From assembly GCA_017853115.1 (NCBI GenBank), contig JAFMKE010000001.1, positions 1 through 63,347 of the forward strand: 63,347 nt of DNA, given 5' to 3'. Below, one piece after another: positions 1 to 8,272 of this stretch (within the stretch, counting starts at the first letter, position 1; each line of letters begins with the position of its first letter). A program made the translations under genes and the position numbers. Under the pieces are notes generated by a model. It saw only the letters and a program-made list of their open reading frames with translations. It had not been told where the DNA came from and did not search any database. This DNA is from Verrucomicrobiota bacterium (lineage in GTDB: Bacteria; Bacteroidota; Bacteroidia; Chitinophagales; UBA8649).

Positions 1-92
1 TATAGGACCGATTTTTCACAGAATAAATTGGAAATCCTTTCCTGCAAAGCAATGCAAAAGTAAGTATATTGCCAGAAATTACAATCTTTTTT

Positions 93-716
93 ATGCTTGA
101 AAATCTGCACGACATAGAAAATATCATTTTTGATTTGGGGGAGGTAATTATTGACCTTGATTTTGAGAAAAGTATCGAAGCTTTTCGTCAAATTCTTCCT
201 CCATCTGCTCCCTCCGTGTTTACGTATCATGCGCAAACACCTATTTTTGATCAACTCGAAACTGGCCGAATATCGGCAGCAGTATTCAGGGACGGACTTC
301 GTCAACTCTGCTCCTCACCGCTAAGCGATGAAGATATTGACCAGGCCTGGAATGCCATGCTCATCAGATTACCTCAGCAAAAGATGAAATTGGTACAAAG
401 CTTGCGTAAGAGCTATCAAACCTTTGTTTTGAGTAATACGAATGCCATCCATATTGACTACGTCAATCAATTTTTACTACCACCTCTTGGAATAAACTCC
501 CTGGATGAAATTTTTGATCATGTCTATTATTCGCATGATATTGGTCAACGGAAACCTGATGCTGCGGCGTATACCTACATTCTTGATAAGCATCGACTGA
601 ATCCGGCTAAAACCTTGTTTATCGATGATAAATTAGAAAATATTGATGCGGCGGAAAAATTAGGTATTCAAACGATTCATTTGAAAAATAGAGAAGATTT
701 ATATGCGATATTTTAG
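93..716 (+). CDS. HAD-superfamily hydrolase (subfamily IA-like phosphatase)
   Basis: The track ORF is 69..716 and starts at TTG. The ATG at 93 lies just before the HAD motif I-like 'IIFDLGEVIID'. 'VLSNTN' and 'LFIDDKLENI' follow at typical motif II/IV spacing. The start (93 vs 69) is uncertain. Confidence 0.8.
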   Translation: MLENLHDIENIIFDLGEVIIDLDFEKSIEAFRQILPPSAPSVFTYHAQTPIFDQLETGRISAAVFRDGLRQLCSSPLSDEDIDQAWNAMLIRLPQQKMKLVQSLRKSYQTFVLSNTNAIHIDYVNQFLLPPLGINSLDEIFDHVYYSHDIGQRKPDAAAYTYILDKHRLNPAKTLFIDDKLENIDAAEKLGIQTIHLKNREDLYAIF

Positions 717-1623
717 TCTCATCTTTCTGCTTTTGCACGGTTTTGCTCAAGCTCAACTTCCTGTGCTTAATCTGGATAATGACACCTTATTCCTTCTCAA
801 TGCGGATAAGCTAAGTGACCCTTCTGGGAATATCCTCTTTTCTACGAAAGGAAATATCATATTTCAGGGAAATTCTACCGCTTATAATGACATTAGGTTT
901 ACCCTTGCCATAGATAGCCTTGCTCAAAAAAAGCAGGGAACCATCTACGATAAAAAAGGCGCAGCAAGTGATTTTTTTATTCAAGAGTCCACTGTTAATA
1001 TCAGAGTTAAAGAGCAAATGTATCGTATTTCAACCTTTGTTCGGAACGCGGATAACTGGGCGATATATAGTAATCTAAATGATAGCTTGCTCGCTTTTAT
1101 ACCCACTACGATGGTATCGAATGCTCAGTTGTTTGCTGTGTTTTATGCCTTATGGGAAAGGCAACAAATGCAAAAGCAGTTGGATGATTTTATTCATCAA
1201 TCCGCAGCAAAAGAGAGGGACGGATTAGCGGCCATGGTGCCTGTTTTGGGCAATGCTTGGATTTGGGTTTGGGATGGAACTTACCTTTATCCCAATGGTG
1301 TACCCATGAGCAGCTCCATGGTTTGGAAGTTTGAAAACAATAAGTTAAGTCCGGTGCATTATCCTAGAACCCAGGAGGAGTGGCGTTGGGATGGACAGGG
1401 ATTAAAACCCTATTGGGGTGGGAATCCCCAAAATCAATGGGAATGGCGAAGCGGTGTGCTGCGTCAAATTTGGAATAACAACTTCCAAAATGAATATATT
1501 ATTGATGAAAATCAAGTGATTCGCAAACGCTTTGGAATCTATGGAGATAATGAATGGCAAATTGAAGGTGATATGCCACTTCCCTTGATAACGGCTGTTG
1601 TTCTGGGTATTGTCTTCCGCTAA
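703..1623 (+). CDS. hypothetical secreted protein with C-terminal Trp-rich repeats
   Basis: 306-aa ORF with signal peptide 'MRYFSLIFLLLHGFAQAQ'. It overlaps the upstream HAD gene by 14 nt. The C-terminal third carries repeated WxW(D/E)G..L.P-like units. I recognise no family. Confidence 0.65.
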   Translation: MRYFSLIFLLLHGFAQAQLPVLNLDNDTLFLLNADKLSDPSGNILFSTKGNIIFQGNSTAYNDIRFTLAIDSLAQKKQGTIYDKKGAASDFFIQESTVNIRVKEQMYRISTFVRNADNWAIYSNLNDSLLAFIPTTMVSNAQLFAVFYALWERQQMQKQLDDFIHQSAAKERDGLAAMVPVLGNAWIWVWDGTYLYPNGVPMSSSMVWKFENNKLSPVHYPRTQEEWRWDGQGLKPYWGGNPQNQWEWRSGVLRQIWNNNFQNEYIIDENQVIRKRFGIYGDNEWQIEGDMPLPLITAVVLGIVFR

Positions 1624-1694
1624 ATCCACACAATTATTTGTTCCTGCTACTCATTCTAAACGGAAGACCGTATTTTTACTCAAATTTTCTTTTT

Positions 1695-2180
1695 ATGTCC
1701 GTTCGCATTTTAGTTACAGGAGGTACTTTCGACAAGGAGTATGATATGATAGATGGAGACTTGCACTTTACCGAAACCCATATTCCAGGGATTTTGGAAT
1801 TGGGAAGATGCACGGTGGATTACAATATCCGAACCTTGATGATGGTAGATAGCCTGGAGATGAATGATGCCGACCGAGCAATCATCAAAAGAAATTGTGA
1901 AATGGCTGAAGAGGATAATATCCTCATTACGCATGGAACCGATACGATAACCGAAACTGGTAGGTTTTTAGCTGAAGCCAAGCTTGACAAAACTATTGTA
2001 CTTACAGGAGCTATGGTTCCATATGCTTTTGGTGCAAGCGACGCCTTGTTTAACTTAGGTAGTGCTTTTGCATTTGTTCAAGCACTTCCCAAGGGAGTCT
2101 ATATTGTTATGAATGGTAAGTGTCACTCTTGGGATAAAGTCCGAAAAAACAAAAAGACAGGATTCTTTGAGGAAATTTAA
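1695..2180 (+). CDS. asparaginase N-terminal-domain protein (short, single-domain)
   Basis: The ATG at 1695 gives 'MSVRILVTGGTFDK', matching the asparaginase TGGT threonine motif, followed by 'ITHGTDT'. The product is only about 162 aa, so it has no asparaginase C-terminal domain. The track ORF begins at 1638. Confidence 0.75.
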   Translation: MSVRILVTGGTFDKEYDMIDGDLHFTETHIPGILELGRCTVDYNIRTLMMVDSLEMNDADRAIIKRNCEMAEEDNILITHGTDTITETGRFLAEAKLDKTIVLTGAMVPYAFGASDALFNLGSAFAFVQALPKGVYIVMNGKCHSWDKVRKNKKTGFFEEI

Positions 2181-2341
2181 TACGTTGATTATCAAATGTT
2201 TGGATGTTCGTATTTTGGAATTCGGACACCAACTGACTTCGTCTATTTTTTTTTACAGACAATTAGATGTTACTTTGGTTCATCAACGAAATAATAAAGT
2301 TGATTGAATAAAAGGATAATAATTTAAGGTGTTTTTTAAAA

Positions 2342-2375
2342 GTCATTCTGTTTCTAACAGAGTGGCTTTTTTTTT
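2342..2375 (+). terminator. rho-independent terminator (11-bp stem, 3-nt loop, T9 tract)
   Basis: 'gtcattctgtt tct aacagagtggc' (2342..2366, includes 2 G-U pairs) is followed by ttttttttt (2367..2375). It lies about 160 nt after the stop at 2180. Confidence 0.7.
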
Positions 2376-2398
2376 AGTAGTTTCACAATGGAAAAAAT

Positions 2399-2827
2399 AT
2401 GTTAAGATTTACCTTTCTCATAATAATAAGCTTATTTGCTGGTGCTCTGCTTGGCCAAGATGCTGACAGAGTTTTAGGTGCATGGATAAATACCGACTCC
2501 AGTCAGGTAATCCAAGTAGAGAGACGTGGAGAGGTCTATGCAGGTAAATTGATTGAGCTGAAAGGAGAGTCCAACAAACTCTTGCTCGATGTTGAAAATC
2601 CAGACCTAGAGAAACGTAATCGAAATCTTGTTGGTGCAGATATTTGGCTCCAGTTTGTATATGATGTGGATAAGGATTATTGGAAGGAAGGGAAGATTTA
2701 TAATTTTAAGAATGGCAATACCTATAATGGTAAGATAAGGGTAGTTGGTGACGAACTAACCTTGACAGGGCATTATGGATTCTTTTTCTTTTTATCAAAA
2801 AATCAAGAGTGGTTGCGAGTTAAGTAG
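2399..2827 (+). CDS. DUF2147 domain-containing secreted protein
   Basis: Signal peptide, then 'GAWINTDSSQVIQV...YAGKL', 'GKIYNFKNGNTYNGKI' and 'LTLTGHYGFFFF', a pattern typical of DUF2147. Confidence 0.7.
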   Translation: MLRFTFLIIISLFAGALLGQDADRVLGAWINTDSSQVIQVERRGEVYAGKLIELKGESNKLLLDVENPDLEKRNRNLVGADIWLQFVYDVDKDYWKEGKIYNFKNGNTYNGKIRVVGDELTLTGHYGFFFFLSKNQEWLRVK

Positions 2828-2833
2828 TAAGAA

Positions 2834-3976
2834 ATGTTACCCGAAACACTGTACTATATAGGTATATCACAAGCACTTTTTGTGGCATTTGTTCTTCTAA
2901 CCAAGAAGGATAAACAAGGCTCTGATTATATCCTACTTGTTTGGTTACTTACCATATCATTTAAAATGATGGTCCTTCTGATTAGTGTGGAGCATGGAGA
3001 GTTTTTTGATAATCAGTTTTCGATTGGCTTGATTCCACTAACTTTTGGTCCCTTTCTTTTTCTTTATACCAAATACCTCTTATATCGGCGTTGGTTCTTT
3101 AAGAATCGCGATTTCTTACATTTTGTACCCTTTATAGTTTTTACCTTTTTATACTTTAGTTTTTTCAGGGAAAAGTTAAGTTTTGACACGCATAAACTTT
3201 TGCTTACCGATGGATATGTAGTTGCTCGCCTGCTATATTCATTCGCTTTCCTTGGATCGGTGAGTTACTATACTTTCTTAACCTTACAAATTTTACAGCG
3301 CCACAGGAAGAGGCTCCAAGACCGCTTTTCATTTTTGTCCGAGAGCAATGAACTGAATTGGTTGTATGTGCTAACGGCAATATTTAGTTTGACCTATTTC
3401 GTCTATTTCGCTCTTGGTTTATATAATGTGGTGACTAATCAGGCCTACTTCGATATAGCCTATACTTCGGATATATTTTTAACCATTTTGGCATTCTCTG
3501 TGAGTTATTTTGGCATTAAACAACCCTACCTATTTAAGGTAGTACCCGAAGAAAAAGAGGATTATAATGAATCTCGTGAGAGTAACGAACAGAAAGAGAA
3601 GTATAAAAATTCCAATCTTTCCGAAGAGCAAAAAGAGGAGTATATCGAGCATATTTATTCTTTTATGCAAACGGAAAGACCCTTCCTGAATGCAGAGCTT
3701 ACCGTCCAGGATTTATCTAAGCAGCTCAATATCTCGCGACATCACCTTACGGAAATTTTGAACAATGATATTGGGAAGAATTTCTTCACCTTTATTAACG
3801 AGTATAGGGTGGAAGAAGTGAAGCGTCGGCTATTAGATGAGCGATTTGAGCACCTAACTATTGTCGCGATTGCCTTCGAAAGTGGCTTTAATTCAAAGTC
3901 TACCTTCAACAGTATTTTTAAGCAAAATACAGGTTCGACACCTTCTCAATGGAAAGCGGAAGCACTTAAAAAATAG
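2834..3976 (+). CDS. AraC-family transcriptional regulator with N-terminal multi-pass membrane domain
   Basis: About 230 aa of hydrophobic helices are followed by a K/E-rich linker. The C-terminal HTH_18-like region reads 'LSKQLNISRHHLTEILN...IAFESGFNSKSTFNSIFKQNTGSTPSQW'. Confidence 0.85.
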   Translation: MLPETLYYIGISQALFVAFVLLTKKDKQGSDYILLVWLLTISFKMMVLLISVEHGEFFDNQFSIGLIPLTFGPFLFLYTKYLLYRRWFFKNRDFLHFVPFIVFTFLYFSFFREKLSFDTHKLLLTDGYVVARLLYSFAFLGSVSYYTFLTLQILQRHRKRLQDRFSFLSESNELNWLYVLTAIFSLTYFVYFALGLYNVVTNQAYFDIAYTSDIFLTILAFSVSYFGIKQPYLFKVVPEEKEDYNESRESNEQKEKYKNSNLSEEQKEEYIEHIYSFMQTERPFLNAELTVQDLSKQLNISRHHLTEILNNDIGKNFFTFINEYRVEEVKRRLLDERFEHLTIVAIAFESGFNSKSTFNSIFKQNTGSTPSQWKAEALKK

Positions 3977-4008
3977 GTGTTATACCTTCTTGAGGCAACC
4001 TTAGTTTA

Positions 4009-5460
4009 TCACAGGGATTGTTCAGTAAGAAATTTTTGCCACCAAAGTGCACTATCTTTTAAATAGCGCGTTTGCGTTTCGTAGTCATTATATACAATAC
4101 CAAATCGTGGTTCATAGCCTTCCGCCCATTCAAAATTATCCATGAAAGTCCAAAGAAAATAACCGCGAATATCCACCCCTTCTTGTTTAGCCTTTAGCAC
4201 ATTCGATAAATAATCCTGAAAGAATTTTATCCGTAACGGATCATGAACACTTCCATCGGGATTTAAGGTGTCGTGAAAGGCTGCTCCGTTTTCAGTTACA
4301 TAAAGGGGTTTGCCATAGTTGTTAAACTGTTTCAAAATACGGTAAATGCCTGTTGGACTCACTTCCCATCCCATTTCAGTAATCTGAGTTTCTGGATCAT
4401 CGACGAGTTTCTTTGCTTTCAAGAAGTTGGCCCAAAGGAAGGGTATGAATGGACTGTGTTTGGCTACCGTGCGGAAGTAGTTTTGCACGCCAAAAAAATC
4501 AAAGTCAAAAATCATTTTCTCCTCATCTCCGGGTACCATATGTCGATGAATGTTCTTAATTAAGTTGAGATCTTCTGTAGGGTAACCCATCCCTAATGCC
4601 GGTTCGATAAACAATCGATTGAGGAAGGCATCTAAGGTTCTAGCCGCCCTTCGATCTTTTTCTTTTTCTGTCCGTGGCTCTACTGCACTTACGGAGAAAG
4701 TTGTTCCTATTTGAGCATTAGCGGGAAGCAGTTCCCGTAAAACACGCCCCCCAGCTGCTTGACTGAGTGTGGTATGATGAGTAGCACGCAGAAAATTTTT
4801 AATTCCTAATTTTCCTGGGGCATGCATACCCAATAAATACCCCAAGCTTGTAAAAGCAAGCGGCTCATTAAATACCATCCAGTTTTTCACTCTGTCCCCG
4901 AAGCGTTGGGCACATAGAGCGACATATTCTTCAAACCAAGAGACTACATCCCGATTGGTCCAACCTCCTTTTTCTTCTAAAATTTGAGGTAAATCCCAAT
5001 GATAAAGTGTTAACCAGGGTTGCATTCCTTTTTCTAAGGTGGTGTCGATCACGCGATCATAGAAATCAATTCCTCGTTGATTAACATGTTTTGTTCCATA
5101 GGGAAGGATTCGACTCCAAGCTGTAGAAAAACGGAACACGTCAAAGCCAATAGAATCCATTGTGGCTATATCTTCAGGATATTTATGGTAAAAATCGCAA
5201 GCCTCTTTATTGGTATCTCGACCTTTAATTTTTCTCGATTTTTCACAAAAGACATCCCAATTGCTCGGGCCTTTACCATCAATATTCCAAGCCCCCTCGA
5301 TTTGTGCTGCGGCAGTTGCGGTGCCAAACAAAAAATCTTTACCAAATGCGGCTTTTGTTAACTCATTCATAGCAGTTTCTTGGGCTAATCCATTAAACGG
5401 TTTTAGAAAAAAACCTGCTCCCGCAAGTGCACTAAGCTGCATAAATCGTCTTCTTTCCAT
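4009..5460 (-). CDS. GH1 beta-glucosidase with twin-arginine signal peptide
   Basis: GH1 acid/base motif 'MVFNEPL' and nucleophile motif 'YVTENGAAF' are present. The N-terminus 'MERRRFMQLSALAGAGFF...GLAQE' looks like a Tat signal. Confidence 0.92.
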   Translation of the reverse strand: MERRRFMQLSALAGAGFFLKPFNGLAQETAMNELTKAAFGKDFLFGTATAAAQIEGAWNIDGKGPSNWDVFCEKSRKIKGRDTNKEACDFYHKYPEDIATMDSIGFDVFRFSTAWSRILPYGTKHVNQRGIDFYDRVIDTTLEKGMQPWLTLYHWDLPQILEEKGGWTNRDVVSWFEEYVALCAQRFGDRVKNWMVFNEPLAFTSLGYLLGMHAPGKLGIKNFLRATHHTTLSQAAGGRVLRELLPANAQIGTTFSVSAVEPRTEKEKDRRAARTLDAFLNRLFIEPALGMGYPTEDLNLIKNIHRHMVPGDEEKMIFDFDFFGVQNYFRTVAKHSPFIPFLWANFLKAKKLVDDPETQITEMGWEVSPTGIYRILKQFNNYGKPLYVTENGAAFHDTLNPDGSVHDPLRIKFFQDYLSNVLKAKQEGVDIRGYFLWTFMDNFEWAEGYEPRFGIVYNDYETQTRYLKDSALWWQKFLTEQSL

Positions 5461-5578
5461 ACTTGTAAAAGTAAGAAAACTTTAGATCTGTGTTTTTAAA
5501 TCATGACAGAAAACTTATGGAGTTACTCCATGGGTTTTAAATGTTTTGTCATCTGTCGTTTAGGAAACTTTATAGCTG

Positions 5579-5586
5579 TATTTTTG
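5579..5586 (+). promoter_or_regulatory. Bacteroidota -7 promoter box (TAnnTTTG) upstream of the SOD gene
   Basis: 'TATTTTTG' ends 42 nt upstream of the ATG at 5629. Confidence 0.45.
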
Positions 5587-5628
5587 TTTCTCTTAAAGAA
5601 ACTAAATTATAAACTAAAAATTTTTATT

Positions 5629-6237
5629 ATGTCTTTTGAATTACCAAAATTACCATATGCATACGATGCTTTAGAACCACACATCGATGCGAGAACGATG
5701 GAGATTCATCACAGTAAGCATCATGCAGGATATACAAGCAAGTTAAACGCAGCAATCGAAGGAGATGCTCATCTTTCTAATCAGAGTATAGAGCATTTGC
5801 TTGCAAAGCATACGGATAATACTGCTATTAGAAATAACGGAGGAGGATTTTATAATCACCGTTTGTTTTGGGAAGTTATGAGTCCAAACGGTGGCGGAAC
5901 GCCAAGCGGTGAGTTAGCTTCTGCTATCGATAAAGCCTTCGGATCATTTGATGGTTTTAAGGATGCTTTTTCAAAGGCAGCAGCTACTCAATTCGGTTCA
6001 GGATGGGCTTGGTTGTGTGTTCAAGCAGGAGGAGAATTGGAAGTATGCTCAAGCGCGAATCAAGATAATCCTTTAATGCCAGGTGTGGGCTGTGGTGGAT
6101 TCCCAATCTTGGGTCTAGATGTTTGGGAGCACGCTTACTACTTGAATTATCAAAATCGACGTCCAGATTACATTACTGCATTCTTTAATGTTATCAATTG
6201 GGACAAAGTAAGTGAGCTGTACGCAGCGAATAAGTAG
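5629..6237 (+). CDS. Fe/Mn superoxide dismutase
   Basis: '[20 protein letters not shown]...EIHHSKHH' and 'DVWEHAYYL' are present. The track ORF starts at 5503, but that extension is hydrophobic junk lying over the promoter. Confidence 0.95.
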   Translation: MSFELPKLPYAYDALEPHIDARTMEIHHSKHHAGYTSKLNAAIEGDAHLSNQSIEHLLAKHTDNTAIRNNGGGFYNHRLFWEVMSPNGGGTPSGELASAIDKAFGSFDGFKDAFSKAAATQFGSGWAWLCVQAGGELEVCSSANQDNPLMPGVGCGGFPILGLDVWEHAYYLNYQNRRPDYITAFFNVINWDKVSELYAANK

Positions 6238-6260
6238 ATTTTCATACCAATTTTTTGAAA

Positions 6261-6291
6261 GCCCTCGCAGTCTTGCGGGGGCTTTTGTTTT
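6261..6291 (+). terminator. rho-independent terminator of the SOD gene
   Basis: GCCCTCGCA / TGCGGGGGC form a 9-bp stem (one G-U pair) with a 4-nt loop, followed by 'ttttgtttt'. Confidence 0.8.
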
Positions 6292-6295
6292 GCGC

Positions 6296-6332
6296 GTAGT
6301 GGTGGCACGACTTCAAGTCGTGCCACCACTAC
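6296..6332. repeat. perfect 16-bp inverted repeat (hairpin) with 5-nt loop
   Basis: GTAGTGGTGGCACGAC ttcaa GTCGTGCCACCACTAC. It sits immediately after the first terminator and is followed by 'aaagttttt'. Confidence 0.85.
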
Positions 6333-6517
6333 AAAGTTTTTCGAAAATAATGTAATCATTTTGATGAATGATTAGATTATTTGAAAACTTTTGTCAAATG
6401 TCCTTTAGAATGATTAACGCAACCAATCTTTCACTAATCAATTTTGTATGATTCTATTAGTCTGAAATTTTAACAGATGGTCAGATTCTGGGAATCAATT
6501 CAATAAAAGACAGGGTA

Positions 6518-7090
6518 TTACTTCTTCAATTTCAGGTACCCAAACATAATCACATCATAGATGAAATGAGCACTAATGGCGGCATAAATACCAAGAAATT
6601 TATGCAGGTAGCCGAAAGATCCTGAAACAAAGATCAAGAATACGCCATAAATAAACATGGTTTTATCTTTTAAATTTAAATAGCCGTGAATAAGCACAAA
6701 GATGATAGCTGTAGGCCAAAGGAGAATGTAATCCTGAATTACACCGCGAAAAAGAATTTCTTCCCCAACACCAGCACAAAAGGAATAGAAAACAACGTGA
6801 TGCCACTGGGGATCAACTTCTTCCATGATACGCTGCATGAGCTTGTCGAGTTTTCCGTTAGGAAGAATTTTGATAAGTAGTAAGCCTAAGCCCCCGCCAA
6901 GAAGTCCTATTCCCAAACCTATCGCTAAACTTTTCGTATTAAAATGCTTGAAGGATAACAGCTGCCAAAAATCTAGAGAGTCATTGAAATGTAGAATAAT
7001 GTAGGCTAATAAACTAAAGCCGAAAAGCGTAAAAATGCTAAGATGGAAAAGAGACTTTCTATTCAATGCGTTTATTTTAGGGCAAATCAA
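6518..7090 (-). CDS. CPBP-family (CAAX) intramembrane metalloprotease
   Basis: Multi-pass membrane protein with 'GVGEEILFRG', 'FVLIHG' and 'AISAHFIYD' motifs. The only in-frame start at the 5' end is TTG, so the start is uncertain. Confidence 0.8.
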   Translation of the reverse strand: MICPKINALNRKSLFHLSIFTLFGFSLLAYIILHFNDSLDFWQLLSFKHFNTKSLAIGLGIGLLGGGLGLLLIKILPNGKLDKLMQRIMEEVDPQWHHVVFYSFCAGVGEEILFRGVIQDYILLWPTAIIFVLIHGYLNLKDKTMFIYGVFLIFVSGSFGYLHKFLGIYAAISAHFIYDVIMFGYLKLKK

Positions 7091-7146
7091 ATATAACCAA
7101 GCTCCATTCGATATAAAAATTAAAGTGATGGTAGAAAACTAAAAGC

Positions 7147-7154
7147 TATCTTTG
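7147..7154 (+). promoter_or_regulatory. -7 promoter box TATCTTTG, 4 nt upstream of the thiL ATG
   Basis: 'TATCTTTGcagtATG'. Confidence 0.5.
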
Positions 7155-7158
7155 CAGT

Positions 7159-8196
7159 ATGAGTGAAAAACATACGCCAGTTGGAAGTTTAGGTGAGTTT
7201 GGATTGATTGATCACCTGACGAAAAATTTTAAACTGAAACAGGCTTCTTCAATAAAAGGGGTTGGCGACGATGCGGCAGTAATTGAGCATACAGATGCCT
7301 GTACGGTTTTAAGTACGGATTTACTTATCGAAGGAGTGCACTTCGATTTATCTTTTATGCCATTGAAGCACCTGGGGTATAAAGCGGTAGTTGTTAATCT
7401 ATCAGATATCTATGCCATGAACGCAGAGCCAACCCAGATCACTGTTTCTCTAGCCATTTCCAATAGGTTTTCTGTTGAGGCACTTGACGAACTTTATGCT
7501 GGAATTCATCATGCTTGTGATATGTATGGAGTGGATTTGGTTGGAGGTGATACCACATCATCTGTGCAAGGATTAAATATATCCATTACGGCGGTTGGTA
7601 GGGCGAAAAAAGATGATTTGGTTTATCGTGATGGAGCGAAAGAAGGCGATTTTGTCTGCGTAAGTGGTGACCTGGGTTCAGCCTACATGGGCTTGCAAAT
7701 TCTCAATAGAGAGAAACATGTATATTTAGAGAACCCTGATATGCAGCCACAGCTCGATAATCACCAATACCTTGTTGGTCGACAACTTAAACCAGAGGCT
7801 AGAAAAGATATTATCGCGTATTTGAAGGAATTCAATATCAAACCCACGGCAATGATAGATGTATCTGACGGTTTATCTTCAGAGCTTATGCATATTTGCA
7901 CCCAAAGCAAGGTAGGCTGTCATATCTATGAGGCTAATGTGCCAGTGAATAATGATACGTATAACCAAGCGCTGGAATTTAATATGGACCCAATTACTAC
8001 AGCGCTCAGTGGAGGAGAAGATTATGAGCTTTTGTTTACGGTTTCACCGGCAGATGAAAGCAAGATTAATACGGATGATATCGACATTTCGGTTATTGGA
8101 AAGATCGTGAACAAAGACAAAGGATTGACCTTGCAAACTAGAGCCAACCATTTACATAAATTAATTGCCCAAGGCTGGAATGCGTTCAAAAATTAA
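7159..8196 (+). CDS. thiL: thiamine-monophosphate kinase
   Basis: 'GEFGLIDHL', 'GVGDDAAV', 'DLLIEGVHF' and 'GGDTTSS' form an AIR-synthase-like fold signature typical of ThiL. Confidence 0.9.
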   Translation: MSEKHTPVGSLGEFGLIDHLTKNFKLKQASSIKGVGDDAAVIEHTDACTVLSTDLLIEGVHFDLSFMPLKHLGYKAVVVNLSDIYAMNAEPTQITVSLAISNRFSVEALDELYAGIHHACDMYGVDLVGGDTTSSVQGLNISITAVGRAKKDDLVYRDGAKEGDFVCVSGDLGSAYMGLQILNREKHVYLENPDMQPQLDNHQYLVGRQLKPEARKDIIAYLKEFNIKPTAMIDVSDGLSSELMHICTQSKVGCHIYEANVPVNNDTYNQALEFNMDPITTALSGGEDYELLFTVSPADESKINTDDIDISVIGKIVNKDKGLTLQTRANHLHKLIAQGWNAFKN

Positions 8197-8222
8197 TCTT
8201 AGGAATATTGTTTTTATATCCA

Positions 8223-8230
8223 TATCTTTG
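8223..8230 (+). promoter_or_regulatory. -7 promoter box TATCTTTG
   Basis: Ends 42 nt upstream of the ATG at 8273. Confidence 0.45.
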
Positions 8231-8272
8231 TTTCATACAAACAATTTTTAACCCTTAATTTTTAAAAAAAAC

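Noticed and set aside
2113-2307. 64-aa ORF overlapping the end of the asparaginase-domain gene
   Set aside because: It starts inside the upstream CDS in another frame and has no recognisable motif. The region is better explained as non-coding sequence leading to the terminator at 2342.
5503-5628. 42-codon N-terminal extension of the SOD ORF
   Set aside because: The extension is hydrophobic nonsense and contains the TATTTTTG promoter box. Canonical SOD begins at '[10 protein letters not shown]' (5629).
6168-6359. 63-aa minus-strand ORF spanning the SOD terminators
   Set aside because: It is made up of the two hairpin sequences and the 3' end of the SOD gene, and it has no coding signal.
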